A stretch of DNA of 63,460 nucleotides, the filler included, from Intoshia linei (Eukaryota > Animalia > Orthonectida): assembly GCA_001642005.1 (NCBI GenBank). It is 8 parts of 8 records of this genome, joined end to end, with 100 filler letters (N's around TTAATTAATTAA, not from the genome) between each part and the next. Parts side by side here need not be neighbours in the genome. Positions count along the whole stretch, not along the records: positions 37,902 to 49,963 come from LWCA01001152.1; positions 50,064 to 54,602 come from LWCA01001926.1; positions 54,703 to 62,272 come from LWCA01001536.1; 5 more parts are not named here. One strand, 5' to 3'. A program made the translations under genes and the position numbers. Below the pieces are notes generated by a model that searched no databases, was not told where the DNA came from, and saw nothing but the letters and a program-made list of their open reading frames with translations. Below are positions 47,483-60,901 of this stretch, piece after piece. Every line of letters begins with the position of its first letter. Position 1 is the first letter of the stretch.

Positions 47483-48416
47483 TGAAATAAGATTCTAATT
47501 AAATACAGTACAAAGTCAAAGCAGATTGTATCTAATACACATCAATAGAAACGAGTCTAAATAAATTGCAATTTTAAAATGTTCATAAAAATTCAGAAAA
47601 ATTGTAATTGAGGATATAAAACCAATAGCGAGATATTGAATTATTTACGATTTTTTAAATTTGTATATAAATTTTACAATATACATTTATGAAACTTTAT
47701 TTTGATTTATTTTTATAATTTTCATAAATTGTTAGTTATGGATAGCATTAAAAAATTGACAAAATCTCTACAAGAATTGATCAAATTTAAAACAATTGAC
47801 GTCATCAAGGTAATTTTTAAATAATTGTGAACATTGAGGATTTCAGAATATGAAATGAACGTCAAAATACACAAATGTAATTATCTTACTACAAATTGTA
47901 TTAACCTCGTGTTGACATAATTGAAATTTTTTAATTGCTAATCTCAAAACTTAACTTTTAAAGTAATGTTGTGAATTGTCACAATAATTAATAAATGATG
48001 CAGTACAAGTCCTATTTAAACGTTGTTACCTTCAATGCTAAATAATTTTTTTAACTTTAAATCTACAAAAGTGTTTTTTTCTATTAGCGATTGTTAATTT
48101 TAAATTATAATACAAACTTTTAAAAATTGTACTATCGTTTTGAAAAGGGAGAGAGGTATTGTCTTTTTTTTAATTTGAATATCGCTCAGAATTTAATAAT
48201 AATTCTGGTTCAGAAAGTACATGGAAGAATCCCAGTTTATCGATATTCTGAGGCTACAATAGTAAATTATTTCCCAATAACTCCCTTTTAAAAAAATATG
48301 GTTGTCAGGAATCGTTAGTATGCTGTGTTAAGCTGACTGGTAGACTCACGATATATTGATTGACCTGGAAAATTTCACGAATTTGTTGGAATTATGAAAA
48401 CTTTAAATTAATTTAA

Positions 48417-48933
48417 CCCTAATACTCCCAGTGTGACCATATGGTCACACAACATTACAATTATAAAAACACGTATCAAATTGAAACAAAGTTAATTAAA
48501 TATGAAAAATTAAATTAATTAGTATATTATATAACATTCGAGTATATTAGTTATGGGTTTTCACCGATTAGCCTTCTGTGTCACTGACAGTGGTCAAAAT
48601 GATTTTTCAAAGCAAAAAAAATTCACTGAAAAAATTTTTTATATTTTTTTTTGTTAAAGTTGTGACAACTGAATTTAACGAATATGATATGATGAATTCA
48701 TGTATTGGCTACAATTTGATGAAATAATTAGGTATATTGACATGCGGTTTTATATATACACGCTTTTATTTGCCTTATTCTCCCAATGTCAACATATGGA
48801 ATGTGAAATAACTACAATTGGTAATTACCTAAAATTTTATATGGCTAAAAATAGGCAAGTATGTATTAACTTCCCAATTTTTTGGAAAAATCGAAGCCAA
48901 AAAATTGCAAAAATTTGTCTGGGAGTATTAGGG
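48417..48933. mobile_element. piggyBac-type MITE
   Basis: TTAA|CCCTAATACTCCCAG ... CTGGGAGTATTAGGG|TTAA: perfect 15-bp TIR and TTAA TSD. Confidence 0.9.
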
Positions 48934-48962
48934 TTAATGTGTTTTTTGTACAATACTCGCTT

Positions 48963-49449
48963 ACTGTTATGTACTTCGTACAAACAATAGCTAGCTCTAT
49001 CGAGGGCAGAATTTTTTATTTAAGACAGATTTTTTAACCGATTTTAAGTTTTTGCGGTTGCTATTTATGATAATGCTCATGATTTTAAAAACTATCCAGA
49101 ATTTATGTTTAATTTGTTTTATAGAATTCTGTAACTTTTTTCATTTTTTAAAAAAATGTCGATTTTAACGTCAAGATGTAAACTTCTGAGCTTCAGATTT
49201 ACGACAATAGTAACGATGTTAAAACGTGTCCCAGAATGTGTTATTTAAAATTCTAGGATTGGATTTATTATTTTTTAAAAAAAAGATAATTTAGGTCTTT
49301 GACTCTAAGTGTTCAATTTCTGAAGATGACATATGCAATAAAACATCACTCGAAAAACTGTATTAGAAATTATGGTTTTTTAAATGTAGGAGATTTAATT
49401 TTTTAATTAAATGGTAACACACAGAAATTCCATTTTATATAAGTCAAGA
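48963..49449 (-). mobile_element. Short diverged Helitron family copy
   Basis: Contains both the 3' hairpin block and the 5' TATATAAGT terminus of the family. Confidence 0.6.
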
Positions 49450-50063
49450 ATTATCATGTGCATACCTAATAAAGTCTAAGTAGTCCTTATTCCTTATTAG
49501 TCCTTATTACCGGATTTGAAAATTTTGTTATTCCATTAATATGGAATTTTTATCTAAGTAACCCTTGATAACGGAATTTAATTTGGTTAAATAAAAACCA
49601 TAAATGGTCATATTTCTTGTTATGAGTTTTTGAATAATACATGACGAAGTAATATTCGAAAAACATTATCAACGGGTCATAATGTGGACTCTTTGGTCCC
49701 TAGCAGTTTTTTGGGTCCATGAAAAATTATATAAATTTTAAATTATTAATAGAAATAAAATAAAGTTTAAAATGATATTTCCGCAATGAGAATAATTAGT
49801 AAGATTTAAATAAGAGCTTTTAATAGAACAAGCAAATTCAACTTAGGTTGATAATATAGATAAATAACAATCAATCTCATCTTCAATCTTCATAGTGATA
49901 TTATATATCATTACTAGAGTCGACATTTTATAGCACTAAAAATTCGATGATAATGCTAATTTTNNNNNNNNNNNNNNNNNNNNNNNNNNNNNNNNNNNNN
50001 NNNNNNNTTAATTAATTAANNNNNNNNNNNNNNNNNNNNNNNNNNNNNNNNNNNNNNNNNNNN

Positions 50064-50686
50064 TTAATAAAAGATACTATAGATATATTTGTAGGAGGAA
50101 AGACAAAAGATTATCATAATATGTTCACAAATACATATTTTATCAAATGGATGAACAGATTACTCATATATTTAAAGAATAAAAATATAAAGAATACGGT
50201 TATCATATTTGATAATGCAAAATATCACAAATTTTTACCTCTAAATACACCTAAAAAAAAAATTTTAATTAATTATTGTGTTAAAAAAAATATAGCATAT
50301 AATGAAAATGAATTTAAAAGTATTTTGTGAAATAAAATAGAAATGTATATAGGTAGTCACATTAAACCCATGATCTGTGAAATGGCTGAGAAGCAAAAGC
50401 ATAGTGTTATGTTTACTCCACCATATCACTCTGATCTTCAACCAATAGAGTTAATATGGGCTATAATAAAAGGAGAAGTTAGTAGACAATATGTATTGTA
50501 CTGTACACTAATTTCAACGATGTATTACTAAGACTAAATCAAGCATTTAACAATCTTCCAAATAATGTTGTCAAATGTTGTATACAAAAAACTGATTCAA
50601 TTTTAAATAATATGTACCATGAAATTATTAATGATGAAATAGATGCAACATTTAAATCCTCTGCAGAAAGTATAGATACAGATTAA
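50064..50686 (+). mobile_element. IS630-Tc1-mariner transposase relic with long D-E spacer (Sailor-like)
   Basis: KDYHNMF..IIFDNAKYH ... FTPPYHSDLQPIELIWAIIKGEV. There are 78 residues between the second D and E when one in-frame TGA is read through. Confidence 0.8.
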
Positions 50687-51242
50687 ATTTTTATTTTTCG
50701 TAATTTTTAAGTTATCCATACAATAAATTATCATTCATGGTAACGTGGAAAATATGTTGTTGATTAATTGAAATTTCATTAACTAGGTATATATTTACAT
50801 TATAAGTATTTGCGCGATATTGCATTTAAATTTATAGATAACTTGGTTTTTAAAAATTGAAAAATGGGGTATTATTTTAGATTTTATCTTAGTTACCTCG
50901 TATACTGTCATCTACTGTAAATACCGCTGGATTTTCGAAGAGTAGAATAAATATATAAATATGATATATGATAAATTATATATCAATTTAATTATCATTA
51001 ATAATTATATAATAATTTTCCACGTAATCCCATCAATTTACTGTGTTACCACCCAAGATCTGTACAGATGGTGCCATTACGGGTCTGAATTCCATATACA
51101 TTATATTCGGCATACATTTAAACTAGCAGTAACATTTTGAGCAGTAGTTATGTCGATTTTTAGCAATAACTTTACTAAATTGACAGTAGAATTTCTTAAA
51201 CTAGCAGTTACCGCGTAAACCAATATTATCGTTAAATTAAGC

Positions 51243-53096
51243 ATGCTGATTGATAATTACGAAAGTAATTCTTCGTTTGAAGATATTGTGCCAATTACTA
51301 CACAAACCAATACCATTAGGGTTGTATCAGACTGGACTTTTGTCAAAAACTTTAATAATGACCATGAACTATTAACTTTTTTTAAAAATAATGAATCTTG
51401 GAGTATCTCATATACGTGATAATATTTTGATCATTATTTTATAAACATTTAGAAATAAAACAACTCTTGGTGAAAAAATTTACTATAGGTGTACTAAAGG
51501 TGGAAAGAGCAGGAAGTCTGATGAATGTAAATCAAGAATATACATGATACATTATTTGACTTCCTTTGAGGTTGGATATTATATAAATAATGTCCCTCAT
51601 GACCATTTAGGAATTTCACATGGTATAAACGTCGAAATAAAATCTGCAATAAAAGACATTTACAATGAAGGTCATACAAAACTTAAAGAAATCGGTCATA
51701 TTTTAAGGGCAAAAAATAATGCAGTCCCAAAGAGTCGTAAAATTTCTAATTATTTGAATCAACTAAAATTAGATAAATATGGCCCATGTAACATAAATAT
51801 TAATGATGTTATCATATATTGTGAAAGTAGAAAAAGTGTACCATCTAATTTCGATACTGTTTATATGATTAATTATGTAGTAAATAAAAAAAACAAATCA
51901 GAATATTTTTTACAACTAAACGGTTACTAATGACGGTTAGTGACGAAATTTATATTCAGGTTAATGCAACCTATAAGCTGATATGGCAAGGATATCCTGT
52001 TCTAGTATCAGGTACGTCGGACATGAATAGAAGATTTCATCCAGTTGGCTTAGCAGTTACCACTAAAGAAAAAACCAAAGACTACGAATTTCTTTTTAAA
52101 TCTATTAAATTGGGAATGCTTCAATTGGACATTGCAAAAGAATTCAATATTCTCGTTGCTGATGCAAGTTATGCTGTAACTAATGGTTTTAGTAAGGTTT
52201 GAGACCTGAGAACGCGTATTTATTGTTATTTTCACGTAATGAAATCTTTTGATAAGCATAAAAAATTCAGTCTTATCAAAGCAGGACAGACTAAATATCC
52301 GTTTAGACATTGGTTTATTACAAATTTGTTATTCAAAATCTCTTTTTACATTGGCTAAGAGGGTGTTCATTGAAAAATGGAGTCAACGTGGACCTGATGC
52401 CTTAGAGTTTATTAAATATTTTAAATTACAGTGGTTGACTGAAAGGATAGGGTGGTATGAAGGATACGCTATAAATATCCCATCTACAAACAATGGATTG
52501 AAGTCGACAAATGCTGTTATTAAAAACACCGTTACTAGAAGAACCCGTTTGCCATTTAATGTATTTACAAAATCGATCGAAAAAAAAAGCTCAATGTTTG
52601 GTCGTCTGAACGAAAAAATGGCTCTTATAAGCATTTACCAACATTTAACACTAAAATATGGACTAAAGCTTATAAATAAGTAAAATCGAAAAAACCCTTA
52701 ATTTTAAGTGGTGGGAAACATTATACTCTAAAAAATATCGAATTTAATCAAATAATTGTAGATAATTTTCGTCACAACATGGAAAATTTAGTGATATCAG
52801 ATTTTGCAGAGTAATTAATCGTATTTTTAATATAAATACTTAATATAAGGAGTATAGTAAATAATATTATTTTAGTTATTGTGACATGATTACCAAAATA
52901 GCATGCATAAATATTGACGAATTAACTTGGAAAAAATCAACATGTACTTGCAGAAATTTTCTTAAGAAATATGTATCCAACTGAAAATTTCTGGATGCAT
53001 AATATCAAGAGAAGCGTGATGCAGACGCACGACGCTTTGCAGAAAAAAAGAGGTAGATCTACATTAATTAGATCAGCTTTTGTTAGAGATAATTAA
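51243..53096 (+). mobile_element. Mutator/MULE transposase pseudogene with SWIM finger and two introns
   Basis: YYRC..C..HDH Zn finger; QVNATYKL..GTSDMNRRFHP..LVADAS..CYFHV..GWYEG..PSTNNGL; CTCRNFLKK (SWIM). Several frameshifts; first catalytic D replaced by N. Confidence 0.85.
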
Positions 53097-53459
53097 TTGT
53101 GCATTAATATATTTGCAAATAAATTTATGCTTTATTTAATTAATTTGTGATCATTTGTCTATTCGTAGTCTATTTCATCAGGTTTTATATTTCCTTAAGT
53201 TTAAAATTAATTTACTTTCCAAATTTTAACAGTTGTATCGTAACTCTTATCTCAAAAAGGTTAAAAAAAATAATCTTTCAAATATTCACCAATTTGATAA
53301 AAAATGTACAAAATTATGCCCTTAAAGTTTAAACCATTGCAAAATTTTGTAAAAAATTAAGATTTAATTTTTAAAAACTATTATAAACATAAGCAATATT
53401 ATTGATCTATAAATATTAATAATAATAAAATAATCTTAAAAAACCTGAACTGGATCTTT

Positions 53460-53560
53460 GGTTTTGAACCTGGCAAAAAACCCTTATCAACGAAAAAGAT
53501 GCAATTGACTCGATTACAATGGGCCAATCAGCATAAAAATTGGAATGAAGATAACTGAAT
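53460..53560 (+). mobile_element. Short Tc1 transposase fragment
   Basis: KKPLSTKKMQLTRLQWANQHKNWNED (Tc1 KKP..RL.WA..H..W motif). Confidence 0.55.
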
Positions 53561-53575
53561 CAGGTAAATCATATA

Positions 53576-54602
53576 CAGTAGAATCCGCTTATATTGATCA
53601 CGGATATAGTGATCAAAATTAATAATCTTGCACATTTTAATCAAAATGTATGGAATTTAATCCTCTTATAGTGATCAATTTGTTGATTTTTTAAACTTTA
53701 CATTTTAATTTAAATGTTAAAATTAACATTTATTATAATTATAATTGACAAATAATCATTAACAGTCTCAAGTCTGAAGTGTTATATTTTGTTGATAAGT
53801 ATTTCATAAGTACGTAATTATAATTGTGTAGCGTTTTTGTAGATTACTATATCGAGATATGACTATTATTTTTAATATTAAAATAAAGTTAAGTTAAATT
53901 TATATGAAAATGTCAGAACACAAGAAAAGATCAAATTTAACAATTCAAGAGAAAAAAGAAATAATAATGGAATATGAAAAACTACCAAAAATGAGTCAAC
54001 GCAGTACTGCTACAAAGTTCAAAATAGCACAATCTCTTTTGAACACAATTTTAAAGAATAAAACGAATATTCAATGTGCATCAATCATGAATGACAACAT
54101 GAAGAGGAAAAGACCAGGAATGTATAAAGATGTTGAATCTGCACTGAAGCTTTGGTTTTTGCATCTACGTGAAAAAATGCTTCAATATATTGACCAATTT
54201 TGCGTCAAAAAGCTGAATAAATTGCAAAAACTATAAATATAGAAAATTTCAAAGCTACAGATAGATGGTTCAATAGGTGGAAAAAAGAGAGAATATTGTT
54301 TATAAACAAATTCATGGAAAAGAAAAAAGTGCAGATTTTGTAGCAGCTGACGATTGGCTAAAAACCGAGTGGCCCAGAATTGTAAATAAATATAGTCCGA
54401 AGAACATTTACAATGCTGATGAAACCGGATTATATTTTCGGGCAATGCCTAATCATACATATTTATTTAAAAATGACAGCTGTAAAGAGTTTAAAGTAAT
54501 CAAAGAACGACTTACACTATTGTGCTGCGTCAATATGGAAGGCCACATAAAAAACTATTGGTAATCGGGAAAAGCAAAAGCCCACGATGCTTTAGAGGCA
54601 TT
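53576..54602 (+). mobile_element. Tigger/pogo transposon 5' half (CENP-B-like HTH plus start of DDD), frameshifted, cut by spacer
   Basis: TA|CAGTAGAATCCGCTTATATTGATCAC TIR; LTIQEKKEII..VESALKLWF..IYNADETGLYF..KERLTLLCCVNMEG. Confidence 0.9.
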
Positions 54603-55005
54603 NNNNNNNNNNNNNNNNNNNNNNNNNNNNNNNNNNNNNNNNNNNNTTAATTAATTAANNNNNNNNNNNNNNNNNNNNNNNNNNNNNNNNNNNNNNNNNN
54701 NNGCGTTATTATCAATATTTATCAACAACCAAGAAAATAAAATTAACTTTTTTTTTTAAAAAACGACGTATGTCTATGATGAAAATGTCTATAATATGTA
54801 ATAAATGTATGTAATTTTTATGGACACCAAAAAAGTGCTATGGACCTCAAGGGATCCACATGGATTCCGTTGAGAATGCCTGTTGTAGAAGGAAATGATA
54901 TACTTTTTAATTTAATGGGTATGGGGTTTTCTTAAATTCTTCCCATTACATCATAAACTCCATGTTTAATTGCAGGCCAATGTATAAATTGAATTTTTAA
55001 TTTAG

Positions 55006-55489
55006 TAATAAATCAAATGCAATCCAATTGACTCAGCCTGAATGGTTAATATTTCTAAAAACTATTGCAAAGGATATTATTTCCGGTCAAAATTCAAAAA
55101 AGTATATATAAAATTTTAAATTATATTTAAATTATAATTATGACAATTAATTATTACTGCATTATATTTTAATGATTAAACTAATATTTTTAGAATTGGG
55201 GAAATTAGAACGAAACTATATAATTTACTCAGCAGATGTATACCTCCAGAACTAATAATGGAAGTTTATATTATATTTTTTGTAATTTTTAAATTAGTAT
55301 TTTTAGAATTTACAAAATGAACTATTGGAAAAATTTAATGGAAATTTTACAATTCAGAAAAAGATTATTGTCGCTGGATCGAAATGTGAATATCAATTAA
55401 AAATGGGCAACAAACCAATATTCCATATAGAAGCGTTTGTTATTTCATCAATGTATATTATAAATTCAAACACTGCTATATTAAACTAA
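55006..55489 (+). CDS. RFC3: Replication factor C subunit 3, last three exons
   Basis: QPEWLIFLKTIAKDII../IGEIRTKLYNLLSRCIPPELIME/..CEYQLKMGNKPIFHIEAFV parallels RFC3 DWEVYLRETANAI..VRGRLYELLTHCIPPEIIMK..YEHRLQLGSKAIYHLEAFV. Confidence 0.88.
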
Positions 55490-55623
55490 AGACAAAAGTT
55501 GCTATTAATTAATTTGTAAACACTGATGTATAATTAAATTTTATACTTGTAAAACACTATGACAAAGTCACTTGTAATTGGTCTTTAAACATGGAGATTT
55601 TTGTCAACAGTTAATTAACGGTC

Positions 55624-58600
55624 ATGTATTATGTGGTTGTAATCAATTTACTTTTTTCTTCGTTTGTATCATCAGGTTGGTTGGGATTCAATTATTGGAA
55701 TGGTTTGTATTCTACCAAAAGTGGGTATGTGGCTTATACGAAAGGTTTTTAAAAATTAAACTTTTTTTTAATTTCATATTTAAAGATGATTCTTACAATG
55801 GTCTTTGGAATAATTGGAATATGATATATCCTTATGATAGTTCTGCTTCATTATTGTAATTATTTATTATTATTTTTTTTTAAATTTATTATTAGTGAAA
55901 TAAAGACTAGTGACGTCATTAATCTTGATACGTTTAAAAACAAGGGTGGAACGACAGATTTGTAAATTTTTTCCTAAAATTTTCAAATTGTATAATTTCT
56001 ACTTTTTAAATTAACTATTAATTAATTATTAATTAATAATGTTTATTAGACTTATTCAAAATGTAAATTTAAACGGAAAAATTGAAGAAAATGCATTTAC
56101 AACTTTAACTAATCTAGTTAGAATGTATTTTATCATGGTTCAATATACAATGTTATTTTAGAACAATCCGTGGATGCCAAATTGAAAAAATCCCTGATTT
56201 ATCCAAAAATACAAAATTGAAAATTTTGTAAAATTTAACATTATAACAAAAAAAATTACACACATTAAGTTTAATAAATAACATAAATTTTTTTCGTTTT
56301 AGATAATACCTATCAGTGTATTGATTAATTATCTAAATAAAATACCCATACCAGTACCTTTATATACAATCATTAATTGTTACCTTTTTATTATAATAGC
56401 AATATAGAGTAATTATATTTTTTAGAAACCTGCAAAATAATAAAATAACCTTAACAGTTGAACCTGCATCTTTTCCTGTCAGTATAACTCACATGTAAAT
56501 TTATATACATAAAAATTTTGAAATTTACCAATTTTATTTGATTAGTGATTTGGGAAAAAATCAAATTGACTATGTACCACAAAATATGTTTTCTAATAAA
56601 CCAGATTTGCGAATATTGTAATTTTTCATACTTTTTGTATATTCATTAATAAATAACAAAATAAATATTATTTAATGTTTATTTTCATTACATTTTTCTA
56701 GGTCACTTGCCGAAAATCAACTTGAGGAAGTACCTTATACTGCTATTCAAAATTCTAATAATCTTATTTATCTGTAATTTTTTTAATTTTGTTTCTAATT
56801 TATTTACTTCTTTATTATTTGTATTTATTGATATTTATATATTAAAAAAATATTTCAAAATAATTTTTTAGTGGGTAGATTTATAAATTTTTAAAAATAT
56901 TAGTAAATTATATTAGTAAAAGTATACTTTTATATATTGAGTAAATCCGTTATTTTTTGGTATATTCTTATTTAAATTTGTTTATACAAATATTCATTAA
57001 ATTAATGAAATGTAATTTTTTCTTGTCGCAAATTGCAATGTTCATGATTTTTAAAAACTATTTCAGATTTTTTTTGTTAAATTCTATGACTCTTTTCATT
57101 TTTAAATAAAATTAATATTTTTTATGAAATTTTAAAAATGATGTGTGTATCATCGTCTTAATAAATGGTTACACATCAACACTACATTTATAGCAAATAT
57201 TACTCTATATAAACTATGTACTGGTAAGTGGGGATTTCGTATTGATAACTTTCATCGTGTATTTCATGTTAATACATTTCAATAGTCTATATCATATAAC
57301 TAAATTTATGGCTTTAACTTCTACGTAAATACTTTATTGGAATTTAGATCAACCTCAATCCACGAATAAAACAAAATTTACAAAAAACTGTTTTTGAATA
57401 GTTAGGGGGGAGTACATGATGTTTTATATATAAAATAGAATTCATAGATAATTCTTCATGATATAACCAAATATATGACTTAAAACGCATCTTCAACACT
57501 TTATTGGTATTTAGACCACCCTCAATACATAAAAAAATAAAATTTACAAAACTGTTTTTTTTAATTTTTTTGTATGAAATGTTGCATTCATAATATAAAA
57601 AATTCCAACTATTATATTATAACAATACATGCTAAAAATAAAATTTAGCGGACTAGAAAACAATAAAATAAAAAATATAGCTCAAAAAGAATTTTTAAAC
57701 TTCAAAATAGGAAATTTACAACATTTGTATAAAATTTTTAATATAAATATAATGGACAAAATTTATTTAGAAATTTAAGCTACAACGAAATAGTTTCATG
57801 CGGTGTTGACACATTCAAGGAAATGACAAATTTAAAAATTTTGTAAATTTTAAATTACAATATTAATATTGATATTTATTTATTATTAATATTTATATTA
57901 TTAACATGTTATAAATAATATATTATAAATCTATAGTATATTTTGATTTTTTAAATAAATTTTTCTATTAGAGAAATGCACAACTCAAAAATGATAAATA
58001 TTGATCCCGGTTGTTTTCATAATGTTCCAAATGTGTTTAGACTGTAATTATTTAAAATTTATTTAATTTGTAATTGTTAACAATTGTAAAAAATTAGTGA
58101 TCTTTTTTCAAACCAATTTTCATATTTGGAACAACACTTGTTTACGAATATGCCTAAACTTACTGAATTAAGATTACATAGCCAAAGATTATTTGGAACA
58201 AATACAAAGAGCCTCAAGTCGGTCAATTTTGATTTTATCAAATCTTTGGGAAGCAATCTGGAAATTTTGTATTTTCAGAAATTATCATTATACTCAAATT
58301 TCATGTTTTTAGGTATTTGAGTGATAACGAACTATCATGCTATCCACATCATATATTTATTGGTGAAACATTTACCAAATTGGTGGAAATGTAATTTTTA
58401 TTTTTAGTTTTATTTTTAGTTTTGTGTTTTAACACTTTTTTAAATTATTATAATGTACGTATATTATAATTTTTATTCACATTTTATATAGTCATATTGA
58501 CAACAATGTTATCACCGATTTGGGGTTAATATGCTTGGATGGATATTCAGAAGATCATATTAGTCGATTCAATTATGATACCATCAATTATAATCGATTT

Positions 58601-60364
58601 TCGGATACGCCTAATTTGAAAGATTTGTATTTTTTTTATTTTATTTTTTACATTGAGTCCCCAGTGAAATTTCAATTGTCTTTTTATTATACATGTTAAT
58701 ATTATCGGGACTGAGAAGACTGGGTTGGTAACTTTGGGGCGACCGGTTCTAAATGATTATTATTTTAATCATTCTTTATTTTAGACATATCCATCAAAAC
58801 AAAATATCCACAATATCTGATATAGCAATGAAATATATACCAAATTTGATATACATGGATTTTTCCAATAATTTGTTAGAATATAAATATATTGATAAAT
58901 CTGCTTTATCTACAGCTACAAAATTAATTACACTGTAATATTTTATTTTATTTCATTTACTGTTTTGTATTATGAATTTTATAATGTGAACGTTATTTTA
59001 TCGAAATGGGCTCTTTATTTAAACATTTAATTTGAGTTTTTGAGAAATTAAAAAAAAATTTGCAAATGAAATTTTTACAAGGATTACGAAAAATGAGAAA
59101 ATATTTTGAAACGAGCTAAAATCGCTGAAATTATTTTTATCGATATAATATATGTATTAAACTACAATGTATTTAGAAAAATGTCAAATAACAAAATAAA
59201 CCAGATGCCATTAATGATAACCAATGGAAATTTACCTGCATTAATATCGCTTGATTTATCATCAAACAAATTAACATATTTGATTAATGGAGATTTTTCT
59301 AAAACCATTTCTCTGAAAAAATTGTTATTATTTCTTTTATTAAATTTAGATTCATTTAAACTGTTGGAGAGATATGGTCCCTTCGCCAGTCATTTATATG
59401 TTTTCAGGGTGTTTTTTACACAAAATCTAAAAAGATTTTTAATGATATTTTTCATCAAACTTAAAAATTCAAGCTAAATTATCTTAAAATGACTGTAAAG
59501 TGATCAACTCAATTTAAAATGTATATAATAATCTATTTCACTAGTTATGCTAATAATAACGGAATTGTATCAATCGAAGTAAACACATTCCCTGCATCAA
59601 TTGTTACCATGTTTAAGATTAATTAAAAATTATAAAAACTATTTAGTGAAATGTATAATAATTTGTACAATTTTTCTCCTACTTTTACCTTTCAAAATCT
59701 CAAATTTTTGTCAAAATTAAGACTGGATAATAATAAAATTGGAGAAATTCCAGTTGACGCCTTTAAAGGGTGTATTGCATTAAATACTTTGTAACTTTTT
59801 ATTTTATTTATTATTTATTTATTTTTATTATAAATACATGTTATATAATTAAAATGTAGATGGATGAATGGAAACAAGATAAAGATAATTTTAAATACTA
59901 TGCTGACTAATCCACCATTGAATTCCATTTTATATTTGCATGATAATCAAATTCATTATATTGAAGACTTGTTCTTTAAAAACAAACCTACCAATAATAT
60001 GTATATTTTAAAGCAGTGATGGTTAAACGTTTTATAATTTGTCATACTTTTGAATGATTTGTGATCAATTAATAATATATTGCTATTAATGTGTAAAATT
60101 GACAAAATAATGATGATTAATTCACTAAATGATTCGATCATTATTGCATAAACCTGTTAATTATAATTATTAATAGCAATTTTACCTAATTTCGAGTATA
60201 TTTTATTCATCTTTCAATTTTAGTAATTTAAAAAACAACAAATTAACTTCTATAAAACCCAACATGTTTCAATTTACGGATATGTCTGGAACATTAGATT
60301 TGTCTAATAATCAAATTGAAACAATATACGGCTCAGCATTCAGTGGTTGCAAGGCGGGATACAT
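55624..60364 (+). CDS. Large secreted/extracellular leucine-rich-repeat protein (more than 20 LRRs, about 21 exons; 3' end not found)
   Basis: Signal-like MYYVVVINLLFSSFVSSG, then repeated LxxLxLxxNxI units (e.g. LKILNLQNNKI, ITHIDLGKNQI, LRILSLAENQL, LQHLNLSYNEI, LISLDLSSNKL, LDLSNNQI) joined by GT-AG introns. Confidence 0.88.
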
Positions 60365-60901
60365 GTAATTTATTACTACATTTTTATATTAAATACAACC
60401 CTTTTCATGTCAATGCTCTTTTCCTTTGTTAATATATTTCATACATATTTTTTTATCACCTGGGTATACCACATATAGGGTAGAACACGAAAATAAGAAA
60501 ACACGCCAGGGAATTTTACGAGTATTAATATGAAAACGTGTAACTAGTATTTGCTAGTTAATCTGTAAATACTATGAGCCGTGTTTTTCTCAGTAAAGTA
60601 AAAATAATTTAAAAAAAATTTTAAATTTAAAAGTCCTTAACTCTTTGAATAATGTGCTTAATTCAAAATACATAAAGACAACAGGTTACCATTTCGTTTA
60701 TTATGCATTAATGTTGTAGAGAGGAAGTAACATTAATAGTAGGAACTTTAAATGTTTTGCCAATCATGCGGTCATTAGTGTTTTCTAAAAATTAAACATA
60801 ATATTAAAGGATTTTAATCCGTTAACAGATCGTCTATAAATGTTTGGATGGTTAAAAACTGTTTATTATTCTTCTACATAGAGTGCGTAGTATAAAATAA
60901 A

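Noticed and set aside
47738-47809. Possible first exon MDSIKKLTKSLQELIKFKTIDVIK with good donor, divergent from FBP
   Set aside because: No downstream exon gave a credible open continuation.
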